DNA of 64,000 nt. Source: an uncultured Acetobacteraceae bacterium. GTDB lineage: Bacteria; Pseudomonadota; Alphaproteobacteria; Acetobacterales; Acetobacteraceae. The stretch covers positions 1,052 through 65,051 of the forward strand of contig CAXUDP010000002.1 of the NCBI GenBank assembly GCA_964249735.1. Direction: 5' to 3'. The notes under the pieces were generated by a model. The model was not told the origin of the DNA. It was given only the letters and a program-made list of their open reading frames with translations, and ran no database searches. Below, in pieces: positions 42,510-53,529 of this stretch; within the stretch, counting starts at the first letter, position 1; each line of letters begins with the position of its first letter. The position numbers and the translations under genes were made by a program.

Positions 42510-43678
42510 CTATGGCGGCGCCAGTACCCGCTCCGCCGAACAGCGGGTCCAGCCGACGACGATCGCGGCGTGGGCGCGGAGCAGGGCTTCCTGGCGGCGC
42601 TCCAGGACAGCGACCGGTGCGTCGCGGTCCAACCGGTACGGGCCGGCGCCATCAGATGCGGCACACGGGCTCCCGAGCGTGATCCGCATCGGCAGCGACG
42701 CGTCGATGTCGCCCGCGTTCACCAGCCGCAGCAGGCGCAGGCCGTCGGGTCCGGCTGGCACCACGCGCAGCAGGAGGCGGACCGCGATCGGCTCGCGCCG
42801 CAGCACCGCGATCCAGCTGCCGAGGCTCCAGCTGCGTGCGTCGCCCTCTACCGGCACTCGGAACCAGGCGATCCCGAGCAGGCGGTGCGGCGGGTCGCGC
42901 TCCAGCGCACGCAGGCGTCCGCCATCTGCGCCGGCGCCACCGCCAGCTCGGTCCCGGACGATCCGGCCAGCGCCGGCCGCTCCCCCTCGGTGGACAGCAC
43001 CCGCCCGGTCGGGCCCATCACGACGCGCACGCCGTAATCCGGCAGCGCCACCAGGAACGGCCGGGCGCTGCGACGGTCCATGGCATCGATCCAGCACAGC
43101 ATGGCGTCGCGGTCGAACAGGCCGTGGCGGGGATCGTCAGCGGCGTGCACCTGCAGCACCAGCCGGTCGACCGCAGTGCTGAGAAGCCGGAAGTCCGGCG
43201 CGCGGAGCCAGTCCGGCAGGACGGTGATCGACAGCGCCACACGCGCCGGCAGTTCCGGCCGCAGCGCGCGAAGCAGGTCGCGATACCGGGCGAGCCGGAA
43301 CGTGGGACAGTCGTAGTCGAGCTCCAGGCCGGCCAGGTGTCGCGGCAGGCGGTCCAACGCCGTCCGGAGCGCTCGGACGGAGGGTGGTGCGCCTCGTCCG
43401 TCGATCCTGAACACCGCCACCACCGGCCGGCCGAGCGCCTGCAACAGCGTCCAGTCGGTATCGGCCCAGACGGGCTGTCCGTCCGGCGGCCATTCCACTG
43501 CGAAGACGCGGTAGCCGGCCACCAGGGGCGCCGTCTGCCGCAGGGCGCTCCTCAGCCCGTCGGACCAAGCAAGCTGCCAGACATAGGCATCCTGCGGCAG
43601 GAGATGGTCGGACGGCGACGAGCCGGCGAGCAGGGCGCAGAAAACAAGTACAGCCCCGCGATGCCGCCTGCCGGCCAC
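42510..43678 (-). pseudogene. Exported protein of unknown function (possibly DUF3142-like), apparently frameshifted
   Basis: Track ORFs 42848..43678 and 42510..43097 overlap in different frames. Protein-like sequence switches frame near 42903-42930: ..GTELAVAPAQMAD | RLRALERDPPHRLLGIAWFRVPVEGDARSWS... GTG start, hydrophobic N-terminus AVLVFCALLAGSSPS. Confidence 0.5.
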
Positions 43679-43679
43679 G

Positions 43680-43706
43680 CGGTCAGAAGTGGCCGGTCAG
43701 AAGTGG
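43680..43706. repeat. 13-bp direct repeat with 14-bp period straddling the lpd stop codon
   Basis: CGGTCAGAAGTGG c CGGTCAGAAGTGG. The second copy contains the lpd stop (complement 43697-43699). The first copy abuts the GTG start (43678) of the next gene. Confidence 0.7.
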
Positions 43707-45103
43707 ATCGCCTGCCCCCAGGCATCCAGCACCGCCTCGTGCATGGTCTCGCTGACGGTGGGATGCGGGAACACCGTGTGCATCAGCTCCTGCTCGGTGG
43801 TCTCCAGCGTACGGCCGATGGCGTAGCCCTGGATCATCTCGGTGACCTCGGCGCCGATCAGGTGCGCGCCGAGCAACTCGCCGGTGTTGGCGTCGAACAC
43901 AGTCTTGGCCATGCCTTCCGGCTCGCCCATGGCGATCGCCTTGCCATTGCCGATGAACGGGAAACGGCCGACCCGGATCTCCCGGCCTTCCGCGCGCGCC
44001 TTGGCCTCGGTCCAGCCGACGCTGGCCACCTGCGGGCGGCAATAGGTGCAGCCGGGGATGTTGGTCCAGTCGATCGGGTGCACGTCGAGGCCCGCGATCT
44101 TCTCCACGCACAGCACGCCCTCGTGGCTCGCCTTGTGCGCGAGCCAGGGCGCGCCGGCGAGGTCGCCGATCGCATACACGCCGGGCTCGCCGGTGCGGCA
44201 GAAATGGTCGATCATCACGTGGGTCTTCTCGACAACCACCTTCGTGCCCTCGAGCCCGATGCCCTCGATGTTGCCGACGATGCCGACCGCAGAAATGACG
44301 CGATCGAACTCCAGCGTCTCGGCCTTGCCGTCGGCCTCGATCGAGATGGTGACGCTGTCGGCATTCTTCTGTGCCGGACCGATCTTGGCCCCGGTCAGGA
44401 TGCGGATTCCCTGCTTCTCGAAGGCCTTGCGCGCGAAGGCGGCGATCTCGACGTCTTCCACGGGAAGGATGCGGTCCACCACCTCCACCACGGTGACCTC
44501 GGCGCCCATGTTGCGGTAGAAGCTCGCGAACTCGATGCCGATGGCGCCGGAGCCGATCACCAGCAGGCGCCCAGGCATCAGCGTCGGCACCATCGCCTCG
44601 CGGTAGGACCAGACCAGTCGGTCCGGCTCCAGCCCGGGCAGCACGCGCGCCCGCGCGCCGGTGGCCAGGATCACGTGCGGCGCGGTCAGTGTCGCGACCG
44701 GGGCACCATCCTTGGTTACCGCGACCTTGCGTGTCTCGCCATCGGTGCCGTCCAGGGCGCCATGCCCGTCGAACACCGCGACCTTGTTCTTGCGCAGCAG
44801 GTGGCCGATGCCCGACGACAGCTGCTTCGCCACGCCACGCGACCTCTTCACCACCTTATCCAGGTCGTATCGGATGTTGTCGGCCGCGAAGCCGAACTCG
44901 CCTAGGTTGTGCAGCAGGTGGTTGATCTCGGACGAGCGCAGCAGCGTCTTGGTCGGGATGCAGCCCCAGTTCAGGCAGATGCCGCCGAGATGGGTACTCT
45001 CGACCACCGCCACCTTCATCTTCAGCTGCGCGGCACGGATCGCCGCGACGTAGCCGCCCGGCCCGCCACCGACGACGACCAGATCGAACTCGGTATCAGC
45101 CAT
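43697..45103 (-). CDS. lpdA: Dihydrolipoyl dehydrogenase (E3)
   Basis: DLVVVGGGPGGYVAAIRAAQ, redox-active disulfide GGICLNWGCIPTK, and the C-terminal HAHPT-type motif region FPHPTVSE. 468 aa. Confidence 0.93.
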   Translation of the reverse strand: MADTEFDLVVVGGGPGGYVAAIRAAQLKMKVAVVESTHLGGICLNWGCIPTKTLLRSSEINHLLHNLGEFGFAADNIRYDLDKVVKRSRGVAKQLSSGIGHLLRKNKVAVFDGHGALDGTDGETRKVAVTKDGAPVATLTAPHVILATGARARVLPGLEPDRLVWSYREAMVPTLMPGRLLVIGSGAIGIEFASFYRNMGAEVTVVEVVDRILPVEDVEIAAFARKAFEKQGIRILTGAKIGPAQKNADSVTISIEADGKAETLEFDRVISAVGIVGNIEGIGLEGTKVVVEKTHVMIDHFCRTGEPGVYAIGDLAGAPWLAHKASHEGVLCVEKIAGLDVHPIDWTNIPGCTYCRPQVASVGWTEAKARAEGREIRVGRFPFIGNGKAIAMGEPEGMAKTVFDANTGELLGAHLIGAEVTEMIQGYAIGRTLETTEQELMHTVFPHPTVSETMHEAVLDAWGQAIHF

Positions 45104-45106
45104 CGC

Positions 45107-46441
45107 TCAGATCACCAGACTCAGCGGGCTCTCGACCACGCTCTTGAACACCGACACCCACTGCGCCGCCAGCGCACCGTCCACCGCGCGATGGTCGACC
45201 GACAGCGTCGCCGTCATCACCGTGGCGACCTCGATGCGGTCGCCGTCCTTGTCCGCCCGCACCACCGGGCGCTTCTCGCTGGCGCTGACCGCGAGGATGC
45301 CGGCCTGCGGCGGGTTGAGGATGGCGGAGAACTGCTTGACCCCGAACATGCCCATGTTGGAGATCGAGAACCCGCCGCCCTGGAACTCCTCGGGACGCAG
45401 CTTTCCTTCGCGCGCCCGCGCGATCAGGCCGCGCGCCTCGGCGCTGATCTGCGCCAGCGACTTCTTCTCGGCCGAGCGCACGATCGGCGTGATCAGCCCG
45501 TCCGGGATCGACACCGCGACCGAGATGTCCACGTCCTCGTACTCGATGATCGCCTCGTCGGTGTAGCTGGCGTTGACCTTCGGCACCCGCGTCAGGGTGA
45601 CCGCGCAGGCCTTGATCAGCATGTCGTTGACCGACAGCTTGAACGCGCCCGCCCCTTCCGGGGAGGCGCGGTTGAGCTGGGCGCGGAGCACCAGCAACGC
45701 GTCCATCTCCACGTCGATCGAGACGTAGAAATGCGGCACGAACTGCTTGGACTCCGACAGCCGGCGCGCGATCACGCGCCGTATGTTGGAGTTCGGCAGC
45801 ACCCGGTGCGGTGCGGTGATCGGCACCGGCGTCGGGCGCACCGGCGCGGGAGCCGGCGCCTGCGGCGGGACGCCGGCCTGGACCGGTGCCGGAGCTGCCG
45901 GCTTCGCGGCCGGAAGCGGCGCCATGCGCGCGGCCTCGATGTCGGCGCGGATGATGCGGCCGTTCGGCCCGGATCCGTTGATGGTCAACAGGTCGAGCCC
46001 GGCCTCCCCGGCCAGCCTGCGCGCCAGCGGCGAGGCGAACACGCGGCTGAAGCTGTCGCTGGTGCCCGCGGCGGTCGCCGGAGCGGGTGCCGCCGGTGCC
46101 GGGTGTACGGCCGGGGGCTCGGAGCCCTGGTTGACCGGTTCCGCCGCCTGCCTCGGCGGTGCCGCCCGCGCGTCCCCGGCTGCGTCCGGCACCGCCTCGC
46201 CGCCGACGACCAGGATGCCGATCGGCGCGTTGACCTTCACCCCTTCGGTGCCGTCGACGACCAGGATACGGCCGAGTATGCCCTCGTCCACCGCCTCGAC
46301 CTCCATGGTCGCCTTGTCGGTCTCGATCTCCGCGATCACGTCGCCGGACGCGATGGGGTCGCCTTCCTTCTTCAGCCAGCGCGCCAGGGTGCCTTCGGTC
46401 ATGGTCGGCGACAGCGCCGGCATGAGGATGTTCACGGACAT
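45107..46441 (-). CDS. pdhC: Pyruvate dehydrogenase complex dihydrolipoamide acetyltransferase (E2)
   Basis: Lipoyl domain [37 protein letters not shown], Ala/Pro linker, subunit-binding domain, and catalytic domain with [10 protein letters not shown]. Confidence 0.92.
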   Translation of the reverse strand: MSVNILMPALSPTMTEGTLARWLKKEGDPIASGDVIAEIETDKATMEVEAVDEGILGRILVVDGTEGVKVNAPIGILVVGGEAVPDAAGDARAAPPRQAAEPVNQGSEPPAVHPAPAAPAPATAAGTSDSFSRVFASPLARRLAGEAGLDLLTINGSGPNGRIIRADIEAARMAPLPAAKPAAPAPVQAGVPPQAPAPAPVRPTPVPITAPHRVLPNSNIRRVIARRLSESKQFVPHFYVSIDVEMDALLVLRAQLNRASPEGAGAFKLSVNDMLIKACAVTLTRVPKVNASYTDEAIIEYEDVDISVAVSIPDGLITPIVRSAEKKSLAQISAEARGLIARAREGKLRPEEFQGGGFSISNMGMFGVKQFSAILNPPQAGILAVSASEKRPVVRADKDGDRIEVATVMTATLSVDHRAVDGALAAQWVSVFKSVVESPLSLVI

Positions 46442-46453
46442 GGGCGACGACCT

Positions 46454-47827
<1,374 letters not shown>

Positions 47828-47831
47828 GACC

Positions 47832-48845
47832 TCAGGCCTCTACCAGGATGTCGGTCCACAGTTCGGACGGATCGGGCTCCGGGCTGTCCTGCGCGAACTG
47901 CGCCGCATCCGCGACCAGCCGCTTGATCTCGTCGTCGGTGGCCTTGAGCGCGGTCTCCTCGACGCCGAGGGCGAGCAGCGCGCGACGCACCTGCTCGATC
48001 GCGTCGTGCTCCCGGCGCATCTCCTCGACCTCCTCGCGTGTGCGATACTTGGCAGGGTCGGACATGGAATGGCCGCGGTAGCGGTAGGTGCTCATCTCAA
48101 GCAGGTACGGGCCGTTTCCGGCGCGGCAATGCGCGACGGCCTCGCGCGCCGCCTCGCGCACCGCGACCACGTCCATGCCGTCGACCCGCTGCCCCGGGAT
48201 GCCCCAAGGCTCGCCGTTGCGATGCAGCGCCTTAGAGGCCGAGGAGCGCGCGGCGCTGGTGCCCATGCCATACTGGTTGTTCTCGATGATGAAGATGCAG
48301 GGCAGCTTGTGCAGTGCCGCCAGGTTGAAGGCCTCGAACACCTGCCCTTGGTTGGACGCGCCGTCGCCCATGTAGGCCACCGCCACCTCGTCGGTGCCGC
48401 GGTACTTGTTGGCGAACGCCAGGCCGGCGCCGATCGGCACCTGCGCGCCGACGATGCCGTGGCCGCCATAGAAGTGCTCCTTCTTGGAGAACATGTGCAT
48501 GGAGCCGCCCTTGCCGCGGGAATACCCGGTGGCGCGGCCGGTCAGCTCGGCCATCACCCCGCGGGCCTCCATGCCCGCCGCCAGCATGTGCCCGTGGTCG
48601 CGATACGAGGTGACGATCTTGTCGCCGGGCTTGAGCGCCATCTGCACCCCCACCACCACGGCCTCCTGGCCGATGTAGAGGTGGCAGAACCCGCCGATCA
48701 GCCCCATGCCGTAGAGCTGCCCGGTGCGCTCCTCGAAGCGCCGGATCAGCAGCATGTCGTGATACGCGCGTGTCAGCTCGTCCTGCGTCATGGAGGGTGC
48801 GTTCGCGCCGCGGGGCGCCTGCACCAACTTCGTCGCTCCGCTCAT
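47832..48845 (-). CDS. pdhA: Pyruvate dehydrogenase E1 component alpha subunit
   Basis: From [37 protein letters not shown] and the TPP motif [29 protein letters not shown]. 337 aa. The ATG overlaps the moaC stop. Confidence 0.92.
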   Translation of the reverse strand: MSGATKLVQAPRGANAPSMTQDELTRAYHDMLLIRRFEERTGQLYGMGLIGGFCHLYIGQEAVVVGVQMALKPGDKIVTSYRDHGHMLAAGMEARGVMAELTGRATGYSRGKGGSMHMFSKKEHFYGGHGIVGAQVPIGAGLAFANKYRGTDEVAVAYMGDGASNQGQVFEAFNLAALHKLPCIFIIENNQYGMGTSAARSSASKALHRNGEPWGIPGQRVDGMDVVAVREAAREAVAHCRAGNGPYLLEMSTYRYRGHSMSDPAKYRTREEVEEMRREHDAIEQVRRALLALGVEETALKATDDEIKRLVADAAQFAQDSPEPDPSELWTDILVEA

Positions 48846-49369
48846 ACTCGCTCCCCGTTCCTGCCTGCATCGGGACGGAGTGCATCCGTCCCGGCCTCGT
48901 TCCAGTCGCCGGACTTGCCGCCGGCCTTGTGCACCACCCGCAGCGACTCGATCCGCATGTGCCGATCGACCGCCTTGCACATGTCGTAGAGCGTGAGGGC
49001 GGCGACGCTCGCCGCGGTCAGCGCCTCCATCTCCACGCCGGTCTGCCCGGTGGTGCGCACCACCGTCTCGATCGCGACCGCCTCCCCGCCCGGCTCCGGC
49101 GCCAGCGTCACCGAGACTGCGGTGATCGGCAACGGGTGGCAGAGCGGGATCAGCTCGGCGGTCCGCTTCGCCGCCATGATGCCCGCGATCCGTGCGGCTG
49201 CGAAGACGTCGCCCTTGGGCATGGCCCCGGACAGGATCAGCCGCAGCGTTTCGGCGCGCATCGCCACCCGTACCGCTGCCCGGGCCTCGCGCGCCGTCGC
49301 GGCCTTGGCCGACACGTCCACCATGCGGGCATGGCCGGCATCGTCGAGATGGGTCAGCCCGGACTCCAT
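48842..49369 (-). CDS. moaC: Cyclic pyranopterin monophosphate synthase MoaC
   Basis: 3' 528 nt of track ORF 48842..49897. [69 protein letters not shown]. Carries a non-conserved 20-aa tail that runs to the pdhA start. Confidence 0.9.
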   Translation of the reverse strand: MESGLTHLDDAGHARMVDVSAKAATAREARAAVRVAMRAETLRLILSGAMPKGDVFAAARIAGIMAAKRTAELIPLCHPLPITAVSVTLAPEPGGEAVAIETVVRTTGQTGVEMEALTAASVAALTLYDMCKAVDRHMRIESLRVVHKAGGKSGDWNEAGTDALRPDAGRNGERV

Positions 49370-50250
49370 CAGATCGGCCCGAGCAGGGCGGCGCATGCGG
49401 CACCGGGGTCGGGCTGCCGCAGCAGGCTTTCGCCGACCAGGAAGCAGGTGGCGCCGGCGCCGCTCAGCCGGACCACGTCGTCGCGTGTGCGTATGCCGCT
49501 TTCCGCCACCACGATGCGGTCCGGCGGCACCCCCGGCGCCAGCGCCAGCGTGGTCTCGAGGTCGGTGCGCAGCGTGCGGAGGTTGCGGTTGTTGACGCCG
49601 ATCAGCGAGGTGTTCAGCCCCAGCGCCCGGTAGAGCTCCGCCTGGTCGTGCACCTCGACCAGCACGTCGAGGTCGAGCGAACGGGCCAGCTCCAGCAGCT
49701 CCTCGGCCACCGAGTCGGTCAGGGCCGCCATGATCAGCAGGATGCAGTCGGCGCCGATCAGACGGCTCTCGTACACCTGCCACGGGTCGACGATGAAGTC
49801 CTTGCGCAGCACCGGCAGCTTCACCGCGGCGCGCGCGATCTGCAGGTCGGCGACATGACCCCCGAACGAGGGCCCCTCGGTCAGAACCGACAGGCACACC
49901 GCGCCGCCCGCCTCGTACTGGCGCGCGATGGCGGCGGGATCGTAGTGGGGGCGGATCAGGCCTCCGGACGGGGACGCCTTCTTGATCTCGGCGATCATGC
50001 CGACCTGGTGATGCGCGGTGGTCAGCTTCAACGCCTGGCCGAAGCCGCGCGGCGCCTCGGCGAGGTCGCGCAGACGCAGCCGGATCTCGCGCAGCGGCAG
50101 GCCGGCGGAGCGGCGCGCGACCTCCTGGCGAGTCTGGGCGCAGATCCGGGCCAGCACGTCCGGAACCTCCAGGTGCTGCGCACCCCGGTCGATGTCGGGC
50201 TTGGTCATCGCGGCGCCGCGTCCGTGTGAACGCTGTTCAAGTTCAAGCAT
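49369..50250 (-). CDS. trpC: Indole-3-glycerol phosphate synthase
   Basis: [13 protein letters not shown]...[13 protein letters not shown]...[24 protein letters not shown]...[12 protein letters not shown] are TrpC motifs. The stop shares 1 nt with the moaC ATG. Confidence 0.9.
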   Translation of the reverse strand: MLELEQRSHGRGAAMTKPDIDRGAQHLEVPDVLARICAQTRQEVARRSAGLPLREIRLRLRDLAEAPRGFGQALKLTTAHHQVGMIAEIKKASPSGGLIRPHYDPAAIARQYEAGGAVCLSVLTEGPSFGGHVADLQIARAAVKLPVLRKDFIVDPWQVYESRLIGADCILLIMAALTDSVAEELLELARSLDLDVLVEVHDQAELYRALGLNTSLIGVNNRNLRTLRTDLETTLALAPGVPPDRIVVAESGIRTRDDVVRLSGAGATCFLVGESLLRQPDPGAACAALLGPI

Positions 50251-50252
50251 CC

Positions 50253-51389
50253 TCAGCTGTCGCCGTCCTGCCTAGCGGGCACCGGCTGCCGGCGCATCGC
50301 CGTCAGAACCGCCAGCGCCGCGCCATCGTCGATCGCCCGGGCGGCGTGGCCGAGGCCGTCGCGCAGATCCCCGATCGGCGCCGCCACCTCCGCTGCCACC
50401 TCCGGCACGTGTCCCGCATCGCGCGGCTCGCCTGAGGAGATGCGGCCGCGCCCGCTCACCTGCAAGGCGGCGGACGCGTTGAGCAGCACCGTGTCCCGAT
50501 AGGGGCCGGGCTCCCCCGAAAGCAGGCGCTCCAGCGCCGAAGCGTTGAACGCGGCGTCGCCGCCGGCGATGGCGCCTACGGGATGCGCCGGCAGGCCCAA
50601 ATCGGCCGGCTCGAAGCCGAACCGCGTCAGCCTGCCGCTGTCGAACGCCACCACCCGGTTGGGCCCGCACAGCCCGAGCTCGTCCAGCCCGTTCGGCGCG
50701 GCGCCGGATGCATCCTCGCCATGCACCACCCAGACCCAGTCCGAGCCGAGCCGGCCGAGGGTGCGGGCGATCGGCGCCTGCCAGGCGGGGTCGAACACGC
50801 CGATCATCTGCCGTCGCACACCGGCCGGGTTGCACAGGGGGCCGAGCAGGTTGAACACGGTGCGGAAGCCGAGCTCGGCACGCACGGCGGCCGCGTGGCG
50901 CATCGCCGGATGGTGCAGCGGCGCGGACAGGAACGCGATCCCGTGCCGCTGCAGCGTGTGTTCCAGCGTCTGCGGGTCGGCGTCGGGACGCAGGCCCAAT
51001 GCTTGCAGCGTGTCGGACGCGCCGGCGCGCGACGACATCGCCCGGTTGCCGTGCTTGGCAACCGGCACGCCCAGGGCCGCCAGCACGAAGGCGACCGCGG
51101 TGGACACGTTCAGGGTGCCGTGGCCGTCGCCGCCGGTACCGCACACGTCGATCGCGTCGGCCACGCCGGGCACAGGCCGCATCCGTGCCCGCATTGCGCG
51201 GGTCGCACCGGTGAGCTCGGCTACGGTTTCCCCGCGCAGGCGCAGGCCCATTGCCAGGGCGGCGATCTGCGCCGGCGTCGCGTCGCCCCGCATCACGATC
51301 GCGAACGCGGCCTCGGCCTCGGCCTCGTCCAGGGTTGCGCCGGACGCGATCCGCGCCAGCACCGGCTTCAACGTGAGGGGGTCGGCCAT
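50253..51389 (-). CDS. trpD: Anthranilate phosphoribosyltransferase
   Basis: From MADPLTLKPVLARI. DVCGTGGDGHGTLNVSTA, KHGNRAMSSRAGASD and FNLLGPLCNP. About 35-aa C-terminal extension relative to typical TrpD. Confidence 0.9.
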   Translation of the reverse strand: MADPLTLKPVLARIASGATLDEAEAEAAFAIVMRGDATPAQIAALAMGLRLRGETVAELTGATRAMRARMRPVPGVADAIDVCGTGGDGHGTLNVSTAVAFVLAALGVPVAKHGNRAMSSRAGASDTLQALGLRPDADPQTLEHTLQRHGIAFLSAPLHHPAMRHAAAVRAELGFRTVFNLLGPLCNPAGVRRQMIGVFDPAWQAPIARTLGRLGSDWVWVVHGEDASGAAPNGLDELGLCGPNRVVAFDSGRLTRFGFEPADLGLPAHPVGAIAGGDAAFNASALERLLSGEPGPYRDTVLLNASAALQVSGRGRISSGEPRDAGHVPEVAAEVAAPIGDLRDGLGHAARAIDDGAALAVLTAMRRQPVPARQDGDS

Positions 51390-51411
51390 CCGGTCAGGAC
51401 GGGTCCATCGC

Positions 51412-52011
51412 TCAGGCCGCCCGGACCGCGGAACGGTTCCGGCCACGCGCCAGGGCCAGGAAGTTGGCCAGGATGGCGTGGCCGTGCTCGGAGGCGATGC
51501 TTTCGGGATGGAACTGCACCCCGAAGATCGGCCAGTCGCGGTGGCGGAGGCCCATCACCACGCCGTCGGCGGTGCGGGCGGTCTCGACCAGGGTGGGGGG
51601 CATCGTGTCCGGCCGCACCGTCAGGCTGTGGTAGCGGGTCGCCTTGAAGGGCGAGGGCAGGCCGGCGAACACGTCGCTGTCGTCGTGCTCGACCAGGCTG
51701 ACCTTGCCGTGCATCGGCGATGGTGCCCGCACCACCTCGGCGCCGAACACCTGGCCGATCGCCTGGTGGCCGAGGCACACGCCGAACACCGGCACACGGC
51801 CGGCCGCCTCGCGGATCAGCTCGCAACAGATCCCGGCCTCGTTCGGCGAACACGGGCCGGGCGACAGCACAATCGCTTCCGGCTCCAGCGCCAGCGCGTC
51901 CCGCGGCGAAAGGGCATCGTTGCGGCGCACGTCGCAGGTCGCCCCCAGCTCGCCCAGGTAGTGCACGAGGTTGAAGGTGAAGCTGTCGTAGTTGTCGATC
52001 AGCAGGATCAT
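51412..52011 (-). CDS. trpG: Anthranilate synthase component II (glutamine amidotransferase)
   Basis: [19 protein letters not shown]...[12 protein letters not shown] (catalytic Cys)...GVQFHPES. 199 aa. Confidence 0.9.
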   Translation of the reverse strand: MILLIDNYDSFTFNLVHYLGELGATCDVRRNDALSPRDALALEPEAIVLSPGPCSPNEAGICCELIREAAGRVPVFGVCLGHQAIGQVFGAEVVRAPSPMHGKVSLVEHDDSDVFAGLPSPFKATRYHSLTVRPDTMPPTLVETARTADGVVMGLRHRDWPIFGVQFHPESIASEHGHAILANFLALARGRNRSAVRAA

Positions 52012-52053
52012 GACCGTATTGTGGAGATGGCCCAGAGCAGGGTCAAACGGGGA

Positions 52054-53529
52054 TCAACGGGCAGCAGCCTGGGCCTGGGCCGCCTCGGCCGCACGGAACA
52101 GGGCGCGCGCCTTCTGCCGGGTTTCCTCGAACTCGGCTTCCGGCACGCTGTCGGCGACCACGCCGCAGCCAGCCTGGACGTGCATGGTGCCGTCCTTGAT
52201 CAGCGCCATGCGCAGGCCGATGCAGGTGTCCATGGTGCCGTCGGCGCCGAACCAGCCGATGCAGCCGGCATAGGTGCCGCGACGGGTCGGCTCCACCTCG
52301 TCGATGATCTGCATCGCCCGGATCTTCGGAGCGCCCGTAAGCGTGCCGGCCGGGAAGCCCGCCACCAGCGCGTCCAGCGCGTCCAGCTCCGGACGCAAGG
52401 TGCCCTCCACCGTGGAGGAGATGTGCATGACGTGGCTGAAGCGCTCGATGGCGAAGCTTTCGCGCAACCGGACGCTGCCGAGCTGCGACACCCGGCCGAC
52501 GTCGTTGCGGCCGAGGTCGACCAGCATCAGGTGCTCGGCACGCTCCTTCGGATCGGCGAGCAGCTCGGCCGCCAGCGCCTGGTCAGCCTCGGGATCGGCG
52601 CCGCGCGGGCGCGTGCCGGCCAGCGGGCGCACGGTGACGATGCCGTCGCGTAGCCGCACCAGCACCTCCGGACTGCTGCCGACCAGCTGGAACCCGTCCT
52701 CTTCCGTCCCGAGGTCGAGAAAGAACAGGAACGGCGCCGGGTTGATGCGACGGAGCGCGCGGTAGAGCGCGAATGGCGGCAGCGCGAAGGGAGCGGAGAA
52801 GCGCTGGCTCGGCACCACCTGGAACGCGTCCCCGGCGGCGATGTACTCCTGGATGCGTCGCACCACGCCGAGGAAGCCGTCGCGGGAAAAGTTCGAGCGC
52901 GGCTCGATCGGTCCCGCCGCGGACCGCTCCGGCGGTGCCTCGGCCGACCGTGCCTCGGGGGGCAGCTCCAGCGACAGCGCCGCCCGGGCACGGTCGAGCA
53001 ACGCCTCGGGATCGTCATTCCCTTCCCGCACCGGCACCGCCAGGGTCAGCTCGTCGCGGACGTTGTCGAACACCGCGAACAGCGACGGGCGAAGCAGCAT
53101 GGCTTCCGGGAGGCCGAGATCGTCGGGCGGCGCGTCCGGCAGGTGCTCCATCTGGCGCACCATGTCGTACCCGAGATAGCCGAACACCCCGCCGATCATC
53201 GGCGGCAGGCCGGGCGGCAGGGGGAGGCGGCTGTCCGCCACCAGCGCCCGCAGACTGTCGATCGCCGGCCGGTGGTCCGGCACGAAGTCCTGCCCCTCGC
53301 CGGCCACCTGCGACGACACCATGCCGTCGCGGCAGCGCCAAAGGAGGTCCGGCAGCAGGCCGATCACGGAATAGCGCCCGCGCGCAATGCCGCCTTCTAT
53401 GCTTTCCAGCAGGAAGCCGTTGCGCTCGGCGCCGGGAAGGTGGCGGCGCAGCTTGAGGAAGGCCGCGACCGGGGTCAGCAGGTCCGCGGCCTCCACCGTC
53501 CAGACGATCGCGGCGGGGGCTCCGCTCAC
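52054..53529 (-). CDS. trpE: Anthranilate synthase component I
   Basis: 491 aa. Chorismate-binding domain motifs SPEVLVRL, GTLTGAPKIRAMQIIDEVE, RGTYAGCIGWF. The GTG start overlaps the ppiD stop (GTGA). Confidence 0.92.
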   Translation of the reverse strand: MSGAPAAIVWTVEAADLLTPVAAFLKLRRHLPGAERNGFLLESIEGGIARGRYSVIGLLPDLLWRCRDGMVSSQVAGEGQDFVPDHRPAIDSLRALVADSRLPLPPGLPPMIGGVFGYLGYDMVRQMEHLPDAPPDDLGLPEAMLLRPSLFAVFDNVRDELTLAVPVREGNDDPEALLDRARAALSLELPPEARSAEAPPERSAAGPIEPRSNFSRDGFLGVVRRIQEYIAAGDAFQVVPSQRFSAPFALPPFALYRALRRINPAPFLFFLDLGTEEDGFQLVGSSPEVLVRLRDGIVTVRPLAGTRPRGADPEADQALAAELLADPKERAEHLMLVDLGRNDVGRVSQLGSVRLRESFAIERFSHVMHISSTVEGTLRPELDALDALVAGFPAGTLTGAPKIRAMQIIDEVEPTRRGTYAGCIGWFGADGTMDTCIGLRMALIKDGTMHVQAGCGVVADSVPEAEFEETRQKARALFRAAEAAQAQAAAR

